NCBI GenBank assembly: GCA_046563655.1
Contig: CM102290.1
Location: 4,774,001-4,838,000 of the forward strand
DNA length: 64,000 nucleotides
Direction of reading: 5' to 3'
Source of the DNA: Yuukianura sp. NJ FZ-2021
Taxonomy: Eukaryota
How positions within the stretch are numbered: position 1 is the first letter of the stretch; each line of letters opens with the position of its first letter. The position numbers and the translations under genes are program-made. Of the stretch, positions 34,501-46,700 are shown piece after piece. The notes under the pieces were generated by a model. It was not told where the DNA came from. It made no database searches and saw only the letters and a program-made list of their open reading frames with translations.

Positions 34501-37500
34501 AATCGTGCAGCGTTGACAGCTCTAGAGCATGGGAAGACGGTGATGATGGAGGCAAGTGGCAGGAGTCCATATCCTCGCCTATCTGATGATGGTTTACCGG
34601 TGAAACCAGGCTTACTCTACATGCATAAGTGGCCGTACTTGTGGGCAGTTGGGCCTCAATCCAGTCAAGTATGACTATTATTATTGTAGTTTACTTTACA
34701 AGAAGTGGTGTTGATTTGACAGATTATAACAAAGTTTTCTCACTTTTAGGACATTATGCAAGTCATGAAAGCACTTCTGCCACTGTTACAAGACGCCGTC
34801 CACGCAAAAGCTTGGGATGCTCAGTACAATGTTTCTGGACCGCTCACTTGGCGACAGTTCCATCGGTTAGCAGGACGTGGAACTGATGACCGGTGTGAAC
34901 CGCAACCAATCCCCTCCGTTCTCGTTGGCCTCGAACGAGATTGGGTAGGCTTAAGTCCTCTTGCCATCAAATTCTGGGAAAAGCTCCTTCTAGAGCCATA
35001 CGCCTACCCCAGAGACGTCGCATACATTGTTGTTGCACCCGACAACGACTACATCCTCAAGAAAGTTAGAACATTCTTCCGAGAACTGACGTCTATGTAC
35101 GAAGTGTGTCAATTGGGCCGACACTGTCCAATTTCTAAAGTTCTCCGGGATGGAATCTTAAGGGTTGGTCGTAATGCTGCTGCTTGCCTTGCTTCTGAAC
35201 CGATGGAGGAATGGTTCTCGCTATTACCTGACGTTCCAGCCGCTGCGACACTTAAGCTATATGCACAAGTAAGATGAAACTAAAATTATTTGTTTGGTTC
35301 AGACGTTTCTTCCCTAATACTTTACGTTGATTTTTTGTATTGTTTAGGTTTGTAGGTATTACTTAGCTCCTCAACTAGCAGAAATTACTTTGGATCAAAC
35401 TCTCCTTGAAAATCCGAATTCTCAGACATCCCGAACTGTTCCTGACAAGCCGAATTTATCACCGAAAACTGCCCCGCAGAACGAGCCTTCGATTGGTACA
35501 CCTCCGCAAGGTCCCACCACTCCAAAGAACGAACTTGGTATGTCAATAAATATGCCGAAGTAATTTGTTCATCGGGCTACGAATGCTACATGCAAGCAGT
35601 GTACTAGTAGTTGATTGTGTTTTCCTCTCTAGATTCAAACGACTTTGGAATGAAGGATCAGAACGGACAAGAGACTCACGATGAAGAGCGGGATCCACCA
35701 GCTCTTGTTATTTATCTGGTTGAGCCATTTGGATTCGGTTCAGATAACAAAGATTTACACCGGTATGTTTAACCCCAAATGTTACGAGTTACTGTGTTTT
35801 TAATGTACCATTCTAAGGATATCTTTTATGGTTTCAGAATGGCTAGCCTTGGTCTTCTGCGCTGTTTTGCTTCAATGCTGAATTACGTTCCTGAGCACAT
35901 CAAGAATAATATCACCCTACAGGTAAAACACTCAACATTCAATTTAGAATACGAACGAAGCACGGATCTAATTCATGGGTATCTTTTAGGTGGTTTCGCT
36001 GGAGGATATCATGAACATTGGAAATAGTAGTTTAGATATGCGATTCAAGAATGACCAAATGAGGGCTCTGTCACTCACGATTTACTCACAGTGTCGACGA
36101 CATCTAGTCCATCAGAGTGGTATCCGTTCACTCACTGGGTTCGGACCTGCGGCTACAACAGAAACTTTTCTTAAATCCAAAAATGTAAGTCTTTCCGATG
36201 AAATTCCCTTGAAAACAAGTTTTAATTAAGATTTTTTTCTTCTTTCTATTAGATGAAGAGGAAAGAATCCTACAAGTTATTTTCTCCGCCGTATGTTTTG
36301 GCTCCAGTGAAAGAAAAAGTGACTGAAGGAGTTGAGTGGTTAGGAAACTTACAAAGTGTGGGTGGTATGGTTAGCAGTGGGACGCAATCCAATGGTCCAG
36401 TTGTACCCACATCGTCTTCCGTTCTCTACGTGGCCTATTGTATTTCTGAGGATCAGCGATGGCTTCTTGCTTCAGCAACAGATGATCGAGGGGAACTGGT
36501 TGATACGACTACTATTAGCATTTATGTACCGAATAGATCAAAACGACGAAAGGCCTCAGCCCGCAAACACGGCCTGGCAAAACTGATGGACTATATACTG
36601 GGGATTATGTCTACGGGAATTCAACCTTGGCGACTAGTTATTGGGAGACTTGGCCGTGTGGGACACGGGGAATTAGAAAGTTGGAGCACTCTACTTAGCA
36701 GGAAGAGTCTTCTTCGAGCCTCCAATCAGTTAAAAGAAGCTTGTCGACAGTGTTCACTTCAATATCCATTGGATACGCCATGCGTCCTTTCTGCATGCCT
36801 CGTATCACTTGAACCAGACAGTTGTTTGAGGCTGATGCCGGATCAATTTACGCCTGACGAGAGATTTGGAGTAACGTCAACAGCCGCAGCGTGTACAGGC
36901 TCTTCTACACTTTCTACGCCTCACGATGTTTCCTGTTCTCACATTCTTGTATTTCCGACTTCAGCGACAACTCAGGTAAAGCTTAGCAAGTGGTTATTCA
37001 ACTGAGATCAGAACTTGACCGTGATTCTTTGTTACAGTCTTCCCAGACAGCCTTTCAAGAACAACACATCAATTGTAATGACATGGGGGATGAGGACCTC
37101 CTGTTTGGAGAAACGGAGGATATTACGGATGGAATTGATGGCATGCAGGTAATTGTAAAACCGTTGACAATGTTTTATGTGGTGGTAATATAATTCAATA
37201 CAGATGTATTTACTAAACGAAGTCCCTGCAATGTATTTTATTTAATTGTTTTTTGTTTGAAAACAGGATTTGCAACTAGGGGATATCTTTAGCGGGTGGG
37301 ACACTGGTCCTGGTGCCTCAAGTCCTATCAGTAGTCCAAGACGAGATTCATCTTCGCAAGCTGGAAGTCCTGGTATTGGGGCCTCTGGAAGGCAATCACC
37401 ATTTCAAGGAGTAGGGCAGAACCGGGTAAGTAACTCATGATTTACCAATTTTTAAGATGGAGCGGGTCTCAACACATATGGTTTTACTCGTTTTACGATT

Positions 37501-38039
37501 GAATGTAAATTACATTGAGTGGTTACATTATGTGATCTAGGTTGGAAGTCGTGGTGATGCAAGCGAAGAATTGGGAAGTCTCCTGCAGCAACCGCTAGCT
37601 TTAGGATACTTGGTGTCCACCGCTCCGGCTGGCAATCTTCCGTCCTGGTTTTGGACTTCGTGCCCGCAGAGGTCAAATGAAAGTGGTACCGGTGTATTTT
37701 TCAAGTCTGCGCTCCATATTCATTCAAACAGCGTTCTTCACAATATGGACGATCTACTCCAGCAACAGTCGAATGCCAAGCAACATCCGTTGGATTCACA
37801 ATACACTACAGATGTACTTAGGTATGTTGGATGGCATTCTTATTTTCAGATATGTGTTCAGTGATTTTTAGCAGAATATGACTAATTTATTCTTCAACTG
37901 TTTTAGGTTTGTCCTCGAGGGATATAACGCTCTCTCATGGTTATGCCTTGATCCAAAGTCTCACGATCGAAAGTCATGCCTTCCTGTTCATATACAAAAG
38001 TTACTTCAACTGTACTTCACCATTTCAACACTCGTTTGA
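25591..38039 (+). CDS. MED13: Mediator of RNA polymerase II transcription subunit 13 (skuld homolog), many exons
   Basis: Exon 1 (25591-25650) reads [20 protein letters not shown]; exon 2 (from 27110) reads [10 protein letters not shown]...[12 protein letters not shown]. Later blocks: [105 protein letters not shown] and [11 protein letters not shown]...SCLPVHIQ. Stop at 38037-38039. Confidence 0.96.
28800..29592 (-). pseudogene. Possible decayed coding sequence, antisense within MED13 intron 2
   Basis: Protein-like minus-strand frames broken by isolated stops: an ~89-codon open stretch ending at 29326, and [71 protein letters not shown]. No family recognised. Confidence 0.3.
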
Positions 38040-38890
38040 AGTACTTCTCGACAGCAAGGAATACTCTTCAGCGACCGGCTTCAAGTAAAATCATGAATCA
38101 GTAAGTCTGAACAACAAATGAAATGGGATCAGAAATTCAGTACGGGTCCAAAGGCTAGCACGGGAGCGCATAAGCAAGCAGAAATTTTTTGTACGGTTCT
38201 CCAACGCGAGCAGTCAAAAGAAGGCACAATGCAACTGCCTGGGATGACCATGAATCCAAAGCTTACGGAATATGAATGTTATACTAAATCGGAATCAGAT
38301 CCAGGATCCAGCGATGAAAACTGTGGAGCGAGAATTCAAAGCAGTGAACTTAATGGGATCGAAATTCCCTTCGCATTTTCAAGGTGAGAAGTTCCATTCT
38401 CAAATGGGATTCTCGATGTGCTCGTTTTTAAATGTAGAACTAAGCTAGAATTGGCAAAAAAAAAATGGAGTTGTACACTCCCTAAAGAAATAACTTGACT
38501 CGGACTCCGGAAGGCTCTTTACGTAAACTAAATTCCGAAGGAGTTAAGATTAAGAATAGAATCTGAACCCACCCTATACTACCCATCTGATTTTATATAA
38601 GAAATACTGTAACTAGTTAAGTCCATTACGTTTTATTACTCAATGTAACCAAATAATTTATATTGAAAATTTTATAAACCTCAAGGACAAAGTTGCATTT
38701 AATGCTAAACACTTTTTTTAATTAATCCAAACGTTATTCTAAGTATCAGTCATCTTCATCAGTGTAAACGGTTATGATTGGTCACTTTCCTTGTTTTATT
38801 TTTAGTTCGGCTGATGTTAATATTTTATGCGAAGTTTAGAAAGAGTAGTATCACTAGAACAAGGTGCCAAATACGTAAAATACGAACAAT

Positions 38891-39926
38891 TTAGCGAAAA
38901 GCGTACATCAAAAGAAGAAAGACGCAGACTCCAATTACGATTCCAATGATAACTGAGTCCTTTCTCTTTTTTACATTAATTTTGGAAATTAAGTTATTTA
39001 GGGCTGGAAATCTACTCGTCAAATCATTCACTCGAGTTTGGATTTTCTTGAAGGCAAATCTCTGATTCGTCAAATTCTCCTTGGTCTCAATTGCAATTGC
39101 AATTTGTTCATCAATGAGTCGCTCGGATCTAGTTGAATAGAATAGGCACGTTATCATATTAACAACTTCGGTTTTTAGTTTTTTTTTGAAGGGCTTATTT
39201 GAAAAACTTATTACGCTTTTATAGAGTTATGTTCCTTGACGTAGAAATCCATTCTCCTGTTCACCGACGTTTTACTGTGGAACCAAGCACATATTTAGTT
39301 AATTATTTTTGTAATGGCGAGTTATTCCCCTATGTTAACATCTTACTCAAGTTCCTTTGGAACACCTTGATGAAGCAGTTCTTCTCGTTCCCTTCTGCTT
39401 TGAAGGTTGTTGAGCGTTTTTCTAAACTCTTGACTGTAGTCTTGTAGAATATCTCTGTGCCTTTGCAGTGTATGCTGGGCATCTCGTGTCAGGAGTCCTG
39501 GTGTTGATGACGAAATTTCTGTCATTCTTCCATTTACGTGGGATAACTTTTTCAGGAGGCCTTCGATTTCTTCACCTAGAGACTCTGACCCAGTGTTTCC
39601 ACTGGAACTGGATTGTAGTAACGGTGTGTTATCACTGTCGCTGTCCCTAAAACACAATGTACACTCCGATACACCAAGGATGTCAGCACTGAATCATGTT
39701 TTATGTAAACTTACAATTCACTGATCACTGAGAACGTGGCGTTAGCCCCCGCCTTACTGAATGATACGAGTTTTGCATCAATTTCATTTTCCAAGTATCG
39801 TGCCTCTCTTCGTAAATCTGTTTGGTAAGAACATATGAATGAGGATTTTACACACAACTATTTGAAACAAGTTCAAAACTAATTGAAATTACCTTCCCAA
39901 TTTCCTTTCGATAATTCAGCTGCCAT
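38891..39926 (-). CDS. GOSR1: Golgi SNAP receptor complex member 1 (GS28/Gos28)
   Basis: Spliced peptides: MAAELSKGNWE|DLRKEARYLENEIDAKLVSFSK, HTLQRHRDILQDYSQEFRKT, REREELL, and SERLIDEQIAIAIETKENLTNQR...RFPALNNLISKINVKKRKDSVIIGIVIGVCVFLLLMYAFR* (C-terminal TM anchor). Confidence 0.95.
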
Positions 39927-39989
39927 GTTTGCTGGAAATTGTTAACGAAGGAGCGATGAATTGAACGAGATGAGGCGATGGAAATAAGT

Positions 39990-39997
39990 TATCGATA
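39990..39997. promoter_or_regulatory. DRE (DNA replication-related element, TATCGATA)
   Basis: Exact TATCGATA 64 bp upstream of the GOSR1 ATG, in the divergent promoter region. Confidence 0.6.
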
Positions 39998-40687
39998 GTA
40001 TAACGTGAGTTGTTTCAATTTTAACATTGAGTTTATGAACTTGAACAATTAGGGTGTTAATAAACCCGATGTACTCAACCAATTAGTAAAAACAACCTAT
40101 AAATTACTTTTGTGATAGTAACTGCGATTAAATTTTAAGTTGAGTTATATTAAACTACGGTATATTTTGCTTTGTTGTATAGAACAGATGATGAGAACAG
40201 CAGAGTGTTTGGGAAGTGGTTTTTTGTAGGGATGATGCGTTGTTAAATTTGAACCAGCGCTTCTGCGTCTGTCTCGAATTTACAAAAAATCTGGATTCGT
40301 TGTTGCTTCTCTTATGCCCTTTACCGTACCGTTGAACAATTCATTTGGGAATCTGCACTTCAACCGCTGCTCTTCAACCACTTCTCACTTGTCAAAATTC
40401 ACCCTCTTTCTCTTAAGTTTGATGTCCGTTGGTCCGTTGGAAACAATTTTTTTTAGTAAACTTCGTGTGTTTCATGCCATTCTAAACAAATTTTCATCAA
40501 CATCATAAAACATTCTTGCTGATTCACAACATCTTCCAGATCGCTGATAATTAACAGGTGAGATTTAATTACACAAGAATTAGAAAGTGCAATTAGAAAG
40601 TTCTAACTAAAGAATTTTCAAACCCTTTGTTTCTACAGGTATTGAAAATTTGATCAGAGACTTAATGTTCGGTTTTGAAGATTTTGT

Positions 40688-41006
40688 AATTTCTAAAAAT
40701 ATTTCATACTTTTTGAAAGTTTCTCACGGAGAGATGAGCTCTCTGTCTTTCGATTCTCGAGATATAAATTTTCAAAATTTTAATTTTTAGTTTGAAAATT
40801 CATATCTCGGCAACGGAAAGCGATCTCAGGTCTTCGCGATAAATCTTAAAATAATACGTATTTTAAGTATTTTTTGATATTATGAAATTATTAAGTTACG
40901 ATATGAAATTTTTCTAAAAATTCATATTTTTTAGAGTTTGTCGCGAACAGATTAGGCCTCTCTACTATATCTCGCAATCGCTTCTCCCTAGACATGAATT
41001 TTCCAA
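40688..41006. repeat. Decayed direct/inverted repeat cluster (probable DNA transposon remnant)
   Basis: Three degenerate ~80-95-bp units. GAGATATAAATTTTCAAA (~40759-40776) is inverted against TTTGAAAATTCATATCTC (40791-40808). A third unit runs TTCTAAAAATTCATATTTTTTAGAGTTTGTCGCGAA...AGACATGAATTTTCCAA. Confidence 0.45.
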
Positions 41007-41702
41007 GTCCTCACGTTTTTTAAGTGCTGTCGTCAAAGTTATGATGATGGTGTTTTTGTTTTATAGAAATTTTATACATCAATCGCTGCATACTTATTTA
41101 TAGTTTTTGAAATTTTCTAAAAAGCCTACTCTGGAGGCCGGTCACCCCTATTTTGTTTGAGGCGTTGGTGCTTTGTGTTGCTTTCACTTGGGCTTGTCAG
41201 GGTGTTATGCATGGCGAGAGGCTTCAAGAGGTTCTCTGCCTCCGAAATGTAGCGAGTTGTTTAAAAAGTACAGAAAAGCGAGTGGTCTAAAAAGTACACT
41301 TGACAGTACATCGGAGTCTTGAGTTGTGTCTCATTCCCTGTCTCATCTTCTGCCAATTTGACAGCGACCCTGTGTCAAATGCACAATAATGCATTGCTTT
41401 TCCTCATTTAAACGGATTCAAAATGTTTTTTTTTTTTTTGCGAAAGAACGCTACTAGCTTCGTGCTTAGTAGAGACTAACCTAACCCAAATTACTTCTTG
41501 CAAGCATTAATTCTTGAATATCGATTTCAGCTGGCGGTCACTTAACTCGTGTGTCCGGCGTTGACAATACATTTTTTGCTGAACCGGAAGGTACTGACAT
41601 TTTCGGAAAATGTAAGGAATTATACTAAGATTTATAATTATTATTAAAAATGTTTATTGACGTTCTCTGCTTTTATTTTTCAAGACTCGTTTGACGACGG
41701 CG

Positions 41703-42727
41703 ATGAGACCGGATACACGAAGTTTTTCGTTCACTTGGCTTCGGGGTGCTCAGCATCAAGAGGAATTGAGCCTTGGTCGACCGACGACTCGAAGTCAAAC
41801 CGTGGCCAGAAACAGCACCAGCAATTACACGACAATGGACACTTCTGTAGCCGAATCCTCAGAGGAGAGACGACAACCATTGCAACAAAAGACCTCAGAA
41901 GGACGACTCAAACTCCGACGCCTTGAAAGCTCATTTCTTCAAAACATAACTAACAACTTGACGAAACGGGGCACGGAACTTGCTTATGACTTTATTGACG
42001 AGGAACAAGTTGACGAAGAAGACGGTGACGGATCTAACGCGACGGACCGAGTGGAAAATTCCAACTCCACGAAGCCTTCCTTATCAATTGGGAAAAGACT
42101 TAATAAAACTGTTCAAGATGTGAAAAGTTCATTTGAAAATATGTCTCAGGTATTATTCAAAATCTATTAAATAGTGCTTTACGTAGAGGGTAGTTACGTA
42201 ACTTCTGTCTTCATTTACAGAGATTCCGTCGTTCTACGAGTCGGCGGTATCGTATGAAACCGGAATCACCAGCTACTCCCATCAGTCCGACCCGTCGAAT
42301 CTTAGGCAGGACTCCTACAAAGTTGTACAGTCCATTCGGATTTGACACACCGCAGCAAAAGACTCCCAAAAGGTCAGATGTCAATTTATAAAAGCAGTTG
42401 TATTGATTCTTACTACATTACTTTTGGTTATCGGTAAACAATTATCGTTTGTCTTGCAGGTTGGGAGGTGATCGCGGTACGACACCGCGGGTTTCCGCAA
42501 CTTCGGTTGGTCAATTAACTCTCAAATCTACTCTAAGAAACGTCATTTGTACATACTATTACGTTGAATTCTCAATCTAATATGACGATTTGATTTAAAT
42601 CTAGGTACTTTCCAGAACTCGCAGCGGTGCTGCAAAGGAGGACACAAATGTCAAGGACATTCGCCGTGGTTTGAACAAGTTCCAGTTCATTTCTCGGGGA
42701 ATGACTCGACGAAGTGTGCGATTCTGA
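41703..42727 (+). CDS. Uncharacterised ~255-aa basic, S/T-P-rich protein (possible remote PIMREG/FAM64A-like), 4 coding exons
   Basis: Phase-consistent GT-AG exons 41703-42149, 42221-42372, 42460-42505 and 42605-42727 (768 nt, no internal stop), ending ...NVKDIRRGLNKFQFISRGMTRRSVRF*. The family assignment is inference only. Confidence 0.75.
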
Positions 42728-43777
42728 ATTTCACTGCTCATATTCAATGCATTTCTGAAGCTCAAGTGCAACCTCCATCCATTTCTCACCGATCAATTAC
42801 TAACTCTGGTATTTTGTACTTACCTCAAGTAACTATTTCATAACCAAACATGATGAACTGATCTTGCGCAGCTGTGTTTTTTTTTGTTGATAGACAGTAA
42901 ACTCTACAACTAATAGTTAACGTTATGTCGTACTCACATTAAGATCATCACCAAATCTGAAAAATCAGGACTGTTAAAAATTAAGACTGTTGTCGTTTCT
43001 ACAAAATGAATACCAGTCCACCTAGCCTACATATTTTTTAGAACTAGATACGAACGAGTTTAATAACAATGATACCAGTGTTCGTTTCGAATAAACTTCC
43101 ATTTCCAACTACATAAAGCACTTTACCATACGTTGACCCTTACCTATTTTATACGGAAATAATAATTTATTTATTCTAGATCAGCTTCAGCATTGGCACA
43201 TTCCATTCTAAATACAAAATTGTACACTTACTGCGGTACTTCACTTCAAATTTTAAGTGCACTGCTTCAACATGTCCAACAAAACAACTAAAACGATATT
43301 AGGTACACTAACAACGCTTTCCTCTATTCGTTGCTACCTACCTAACCTAATCTACTTGTACTTACTATAGTCACTTCTAAAGACAACTACGTCCAGTACA
43401 ACCACGGAAGACTGAAATTGACCTAACTAATTAATACCCCGCTTTAAAGATACAAGCGCCCAAAGCCTGAAAACTGTACCTTACATTGTTTAAATGTTAA
43501 ATCTTCATTTTAGGTTCTAAGTATTAACCTGACTTGTAATGATTGATTGTGCGCATTATAAAGGTGTGATTCTTTGAACTCGTACTTTCACGTCAAATCT
43601 GATTTAGGTAAATCAGAAAATGCTAATCTTTCCTAACGTTTCGCTACTCTGCATTCTAAATTTCTCATCCCTCGATTAACTGGAAATGTATATAAAAATT
43701 TAGTACAAGAAATGAGCAAGAAGCAAAAGGCCCCTAGCTAAGGCACTGCTGAGAGTTCAGCATGCAGGTTGGTTTGA

Positions 43778-46700
43778 TTAATAAAAGCTTGGCTTTGGTA
43801 TTTTTGTAGACCCGTTATCCTTCCGTTTTCGCATTGACAAAAGACTGTGGCTAGGGGAAGTAAATGGAATTGTTCCATCTCCAAGGGAACAAGGAATCGA
43901 CGACGCTTCTGGACTCCCTTGTCGACTCTGCTGCTCAAACTGCTTAATGGCTAACTCAATATGGGAAATCTTGTCTGCGTCAGACTCTAACTCAAGAGCT
44001 TTTCTGATGCATTCTGCCAAGCTTGTTCGCTCATCAGTAGGGGAACCATTCATTTCATAGTCGTTCGACTCAGCTCCAGTGATTCCTGCTCCGTTGTCAA
44101 AAAAATTTGACTGGAACAGATTTGGGCGAGGTCGTGAAGCGCGACCTGTCATAGAGCTATTGTTCGTATTTGACCCATTCCAAGTATTTTTGCCCATTCC
44201 CTTCGGGCCTATCTTGGGAGAATTGGTGCCATTTGCCATTTTGGAGACGTTCCCAGCGACAAGGGTCAAGTATTTGCTATTATTTCCACGGGGATTAGTG
44301 GAAGATGAGCGACCGTAGAATTCTGCTGTTCCACTAGCAGAGAGACTCCGCGCTGGAAGAGTTGATCTGGACGTAGCCAGAGAAGAACTGGATCGTTTTG
44401 GTTGGTGCGATGATGGAGTGGTGTACTTGAGAATTCTTCCAGGACGATGAGGTTGTGATGCAACGCTAGTGCGACCTCGGAGGCCCATTTCTGATACTGG
44501 AGGTCGTTCACAGGAAACGCTTCTGTGATTAATAGGTGTCATGGCGTAGGATCTCGGAACCCTACCAGTACTGGAGCTTTTGGGAAGGGGACGCTCTCTT
44601 TGAGGAGGACTCTGTAGGGTTTCCTCATCTGTAGACCTTGAATCTGGTCGCTCTGAAATCATAAAAAAAACAAATGTTACAAATAGCTAACAAAGATATC
44701 CATTCACAAAGAGGGCAGCTTAAATTTCATGGGCAAGGTGACTACTCTCCTTAATTACAAGCCTGTCAAATTCCAAATCTGATCAAAGCATACAATAACA
44801 GACAATATTAATTTATGCATTAAAGTTTTCAAGATCAAAGACGGTTATAGTCATCAAATGGGGCCGCTTCCTACATCTTCCTACATTTCAATAACTAGAC
44901 GTTGGTTCAATTCTTTCTAACTTTGAGGTCACTATCGCTTATTCCAGGATTACCCTGCTCCTGACCCTCTTTTTTCAATTCTCATACTGAAAATGACTAA
45001 AAAAAAACATTTTCCTGGGTCAGTTCGAATTCTTAGTCGAGAAACTACTGTCAAAAGATAACAACGTCCCACTAACCTCAATATATTAAAGTTTCAAACT
45101 GTGATCCAGGACATTTTGGCCTTGTAACTCTTTTTAAATTGCTTAAACAGCTTAGCTGCAGAATGGGTTACTTTCATAAAAAAAAACGGACAGCGTTCTC
45201 AAGCTAAGCCTTAACCAATATCTCGGAGTAAATTAAAAAAAAATGGGCGTTCCTTCGGGAATCACTCACCTTCATCTGTGGAGAGAGAACGAGCTCTGAG
45301 GATGGATGCTTTTCTCGTCTGATGGCCCTTGGATGATGAAGATGAAGTCTCCTCAGGGGTTCCTCCAAGAAGAATTTTGAGGTTGTCCGATGTCTTGTAC
45401 CCTTCGTCCGAAATCTCGGAGCTAGAGTCACTTAGGTCTGGTGGTCCAGTCCCAGGACTTGCGCCTTTCTTTCCTGCGTTCATGAACTTTGGAGTCGAGT
45501 GTACCACTGCGTCAAAGGAGAGGTCGCGTCTAGGAAAGTAACATTTTCAATATTAATCAACATGAATTATGTAGTAGAGGATACCTCCAAAGTCAAGGGC
45601 CCTCAAACAAATCATCCAACACAACAATTACCTTTCATATTCAACCTTCATTCTAGGAGCGGTACTATCATTCTTCAAAATCAGTTTAGAGGATACTGCA
45701 GCACGATGCCCTGGAACACAAAATGTTAGAAAACATTAGGCACTACGGAAATTGTTGTGGTAAAGATATTGTGGAATATACACACGTACCGGCTGAACAA
45801 TGACAAGGGTCGTGTTTGTCCAGATAGTGAGCTAATGTGTCCCAACCCCCGCCAACACGAACCATTACATGATTCCGCAGGATCTGAAACAGTGAAGAAC
45901 AAAACGACGGTTAAAATAAGTTAATCATCCATATATATTCTAAACAACAAAAAAACATGAGCTTCTTCTGACAACGAACGTGCGGGTTTAAAAAGTTCTT
46001 GAAAACTGTACAAGACTTTCCATTAGTTTTCAATAGATATTGACAATTATTCTTGTTCATGAAAACCAAGCTTTCATTTTTCACAAAAACAAAACCGAAT
46101 GGGTTTGCAAAACCCTTCCTATTAAAAAAAAAACTCCTCAATGAATTGCATGCAGTGAAAAGTAGAGTTCTGCGTTCTACATTTTTTCTAAAGACGTTAA
46201 TCGGTCAAGCGTATTTTTGTGACATACGGTCATAGCGATGGAATTTCAAAACGTGAATTTATCAAACTTGACTTTCGGATTGTTGTTCTGTTATATTTAT
46301 GAAAAGTGGGCTCCGTTATGCCCACAACCTCAACAATAGTCACCTTCAGTTTTCAAAAGCATCCGTCCGTCATATTCATCAATTCAATGAAAACTCAAAC
46401 AATCCGAATTAAGCGGCAACTGACGACGTGCGGACCTTAGTCAGTGACTAACTGACATTGGTTAAGCTTGACTTCCGCCTTTGAAAACTGTTCAACAAAG
46501 AATTGTGAATGGACTCACCCGAACATAAATCATCACTTTTGTATTCCCTATTCGGTACTTTCCTTCTGCTACGCGTATCATTGGGAACTGTGTTGGACAC
46601 GAGCATCTCTCCACCAATTCACGAACCTGTAAAAAATCAAAAACTAAATAGTGTCACAAAGTAATTCTACAGAGATCCGCAATTCAATTTGGGTCAAGTG

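Noticed and set aside
38118..38387. 89-aa ORF just after the MED13 stop (readthrough product or separate gene?)
   Set aside because: Readthrough of the MED13 TGA hits another TGA after 18 codons, and no homology is recognisable. Most simply 3'UTR.
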